The position numbers and the translations under genes were made by a program. A stretch of 63,994 nt of DNA, counting the filler, from Sphacelaria rigidula (lineage: Eukaryota): assembly GCA_964200075.2 (NCBI GenBank). It is 4 parts of 4 records of this genome, joined end to end, with 100 filler letters (N's around TTAATTAATTAA, not from the genome) between each part and the next. Parts side by side here need not be neighbours in the genome. Positions count along the whole stretch, not along the records: positions 48,279 to 63,994 come from CAXNAA020001626.1; 3 more parts are not named here. One strand, written 5' to 3'. The notes under the pieces are model-generated. The model worked only from the letters and a program-made list of their open reading frames with translations, ran no database searches and had not been told where the DNA came from. Each line of letters begins with the position of its first letter. Position 1 is the first letter of the stretch. Shown here piece by piece: positions 60,601-63,994 of the stretch.

Positions 60601-63591
60601 TCTCCTTTACCTTTCATGATTGATGACGCTAAGCTGCCGGCTGCTTGAGAAAGGAGATCGTGCTTGACTCTGAGGACTGAGGCTTGGTCTACCTCGTACA
60701 CCTTTGCATTCGGGGTTATTTGTCATTACGGCCGATAAACCGTACAAAGCACAAAACGTACGAGCAGAACGACGTACAGTAGCGGGCGGTCTCACTTTTT
60801 ATTTTGTGGCATTTTGTGATTTTTTCATAATTGGCGGTTTTCTTGGGCTCTTTTCGCTTGCCACCGCCTATCACATCGGAGATCTGAAGATGTTCGTATC
60901 TGCTCCACATCCCAACGAGAGAAAAACATGCGTACTCAATATTGATTGACTTACGGGCTGACCGGTCATCAGGAGTGCTGTCACATTTCAGCCCAGATTC
61001 TTACTCTTCTGTATTTTCGGTCGATCGAGCCCGTCCTGATCATATATTTCAAGAAATGTGCAGTTTTCATTTTTGAAATTCTGCCTTCTTATTGTATGCA
61101 CTAGGGCCGAAAAACTGTTTTTCACGGTCAATAACACCCTCCCGGTGAACGGGGCATTTACTCGTTTTGCCCGATAACATTAACTAACACTGACTTGGGC
61201 ACAGTGTTTCGAGGATGATCTGCTTTGTTGTACCAAAAATTACCGACGCTAGCAGTTTCGAGTCCTATCGAAGAGTAGTCGCGAGGAAAACCCCAAAAGA
61301 CCCCTAAATAGTTAGACCGCTCACTACTGTATATGTTGCGTTTGGGCAAAGATGGTCAACATTTTTCGAGTTTGTGTTCTCGCAAGTCCGCAGAATGCAT
61401 GCGGATATTTAGAACTCTAGCCAGACACCACGCTCTCACTATATGACAATATTGATACCTTCGTACCGGCTGCCGCCTTGAGTCGTAAACCTCTGGTGTC
61501 CATGCCAGCTCCAAGAAGAACAATCTGCACAGAGGATAAATACAGAGAAAAGGTGCCGTCACCTCTCGGGTCATTATTTAGCAGCATCGACTGGTGATCT
61601 GGGCTGTGCTTTGTTATGACTAATACGCTGTTCTACCCCAGGTCTTCCTCGTTCAACCACACGTGAATACACTCCAGGTTTCACAGCTCGCTTGCCTTAG
61701 TCGTTTGACATCCGAATGCAAGATAATCAGTACGCTTCGGGCCGAACAATCTTAGCAGGATGTAGCCCGCCCTTGATGCGACTCGCCGAACACATCAAGG
61801 CGCTTCGCGCTCGGTGATTGACTGCGAGCCTGGTCCGGCGAAAACCCGGCGTGCTCTGTCCCGGCTCCGTAGGATGGCGAGGCCAATGATCGTATGACTG
61901 CGGCATGTAAAATCATCAACACACCCCTCCCATCCCCTGACAAGGTACAAGTCTCAACCGCGCGGTGTGGTATGGCATGTACATTTTTCGATGGGTGGTA
62001 TCGACAACGGAACGAGATACTACGAACTTACACGTCGATATAGGGAGACGGTTGTGACTTACGGATGGGTACTTACCCGATAGGGTGGTGAACTAGTCTT
62101 CGAGAGTGACGAGAGCAGGGGGAAAACCCGACGACCAAGTTAGCTGCGTGTGACGCTATTGTCCATGCCAACTATTACTACCGCGCCACTTCTTTTTTTT
62201 CCCCACAATCGGAAATTTTTTCAGCAACTACAAGCTGGTTCAGATTGGACACCCAAAAAGTATTCCCCGGCATTTCCTCACGCCGAGTTTTCGACTTACA
62301 ACACGAAAATTTGCATACATGTTCTCGAGAGCAATTTCTAAAACTCGAAGACCGGGGTTTTTTTTCGGGGGGGGGTTGGTGTCGAGATAGTCGAGATCTG
62401 ACCCTTCCCTCCCCCCCCGGTCAAGTAGGTCAATCGCGACCTCGGATAAAAAGCCATCAACATAAAAAAAAACGGTCTTCAGGTTTTAGATAGTGCCCTC
62501 CAGAACATGTGTGCAAATTTCCGTGGTTCAACTCGATGGAACGGCGTGGGGAAATGCCAAAACGTGCGCTGAAGTAAAAAAAAGCCTGCGTGCCCCCCTA
62601 ATTACTTGATTAAAGTATACTTCGAACGTTTTTTTACGTTGTCACGACAGACGACCCCGCCGCGTCAGTCTGGTGCGTTATCCCACCAAACTTGGTACGA
62701 ATGTTCCTTGGGGATTGGCGAAGCGCGTGAACTTCCTACTTTTGCGAAAGAGGATTCTGTACCGGCTTTCGGGGGTCCTCAGACTGGGACCCCCCAAAGC
62801 CGGTCAAGGACACACCTACAGTAAACACATCGAAACACCTCCCAAATGTTTTTCCGTATTTCGCTTCGTCAGCATCTACCAAGTTGCCAAGTTTGAGAGT
62901 GATTGAATTCTTCCTCGGGGAGATATGAAGGGAAATGTTGGCGCCGGCTCTCTGTTCTTTAGCCCTTATATTAACAGGAAATTTGGCATCGTCGTTATCG
63001 AAATATCACGTTTTAGGGCATAACTCCATGCCAGGACAATCGTTTTTAAAACGTTTTATTTGTCAAGTTCGCTGGAGAACAACTATTGCTGTGATACAAA
63101 AATGTGGAGATTGAGCAATGGGTTGAAAATTCGTATCTTTAGTTCTAGACAGTTTGGAGGCCGCTGATTGACCGAGACTACATTTTCGCCTATATTTCCG
63201 TACCTAACCCTTAACTCCTAAAAAGGAAGATGTCCCCCTGTTGTGCTACTCGTGGGAAACACTACGATATCGGATTCGTGAAAGTTGAGCTTGTATTGCG
63301 TTCATCAGTCGGGGAATAAAATTGGGGTATTCAATCTGAACCAGCTACTAAGAGATCAACAGAGAAGGGGAACGACGCATCCTTATGACGGTATGGAACA
63401 CCAAGCACGAGGTCAACATGCGGTTCTACCCCCGTACGTAGTGTTTCTGACCTGCTTGATACCCGCAGAAATGGTGCAACTCTCGAAAAAATCGTCGCAA
63501 AAACGCGTTCGGATAGCGAGTCGGCGGTTCGACCCCGCGTCTTGATCGCCGCCATCGGCTCTCGCTTGTTTCTGTCGCTCCTCGTAAGTCC
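54602..63591 (-). CDS. Class I SAM-dependent methyltransferase, LCM (leucine carboxyl methyltransferase-like)/TIGR00027-type; 6 exons, 5'-partial
   Basis: Minus-strand phase-consistent exons: 63591-63452 (RLAIRTRFCDDFF...KQ), 61524-61459 (IVLLGAGMDTRGLRL), 60701-60439 (VYEVDQ...VEADL...AGFDRSLPSAWILEGLTM), 57381-57316 (YLEEHELLSLLRVLASLSSPGS), 57012-56897 (...WRFGTDDSVAFM), 54768-54602 (ANFPDGW...stop). Family motifs occur in the expected order. Confidence 0.92.
60288..60345. repeat. (CAA)n/(CAT)n microsatellite (intronic)
   Basis: Seen directly. Confidence 0.9.
61690..61935 (+). mobile_element. High-copy non-autonomous element (MITE family A), most complete copy
   Basis: Core CCGGCGAAAACCCGGCGTGCTCCGTCCCGGCTTTGTAGGGATGCGAGGTCAATGGTCATATGACT...GATCATGAGTACACCCC also occurs at ~11700-11820(-), 15830-15996(-), 28860-29095(+), 31615-31670(+), 31940-32088(+), 48105-48178(-), 56320-56420(+) and 58755-58860(+). 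Left-end fragments at ~11850, 11950, 12415 and 27465. Confidence 0.85.
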
Positions 63592-63932
63592 CTATTGCCT
63601 CGTTGCCAGCCTAAAACGACAAAAGGAGATGCACACCACAGATAATGACCAAAATTTACGCGACTCTTTACACACTTGATCATGAGCAGAAAATCAAGGG
63701 GGGGTGTACGGCTTTACGTGCCGGCGGAATGGTCAATGCCGCGCAATATGCTCACTAACAGCTTGCCAGGTCTTGAGAAGGCTATAGGATCCCGCCCTGA
63801 TATTCGACTACGATATTGAAATAAAATATGTGACTACGGTACGAGGGTCCTCAGTGTTTTTTTTAAAAGCCCATTTGAGACTATTTTCAAAAGTTGAACA
63901 AACCCTCCGCGATGAGCCCCCCCACCCCCCCC

Positions 63933-63964
<32 letters not shown>

Positions 63965-63994
63965 ACCCCCCCCCCCGCCGCAAGCGGCGCCCCC

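Noticed and set aside
63918-63980. Long poly-C/poly-G runs (also 16097-16185) as functional G-quadruplexes
   Set aside because: Such runs are frequent in introns throughout the window and unreliable near contig ends; nothing specific supports a function.

Overview
Intron-rich, repeat-dense eukaryotic nuclear DNA. Gene structure and content suggest a brown alga or other stramenopile (inference). The window is almost certainly four unrelated contigs joined by identical 100-nt spacers (N44-TTAATTAATTAA-N44). Segment lengths are 15,996, 15,992, 15,990 and 15,716, as expected for a size-sorted concatenation whose last contig is cut by the window, so no link across a gap is trusted. Contig 1: an 8-exon gene for a ~1,670-aa disordered protein with an RG-rich N-terminus and a repeated, ordered set of Trp motifs. 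Contig 2: a SEC63-like membrane J-domain gene (HPD intact). Contig 3: one ~5.85-kb exon encoding 26 tandem Tudor-like domains of two subtypes, with a homogenised, mosaic 207-bp core. Contig 4: an LRAT/NC-domain gene with the catalytic Cys replaced by Ser, converging on an LCM/TIGR00027-type SAM methyltransferase gene (6 exons traced), with a 446-bp foldback between them. tRNA-derived SINEs and several MITE families fill introns and intergenic DNA. All calls were made by eye, without database searches.
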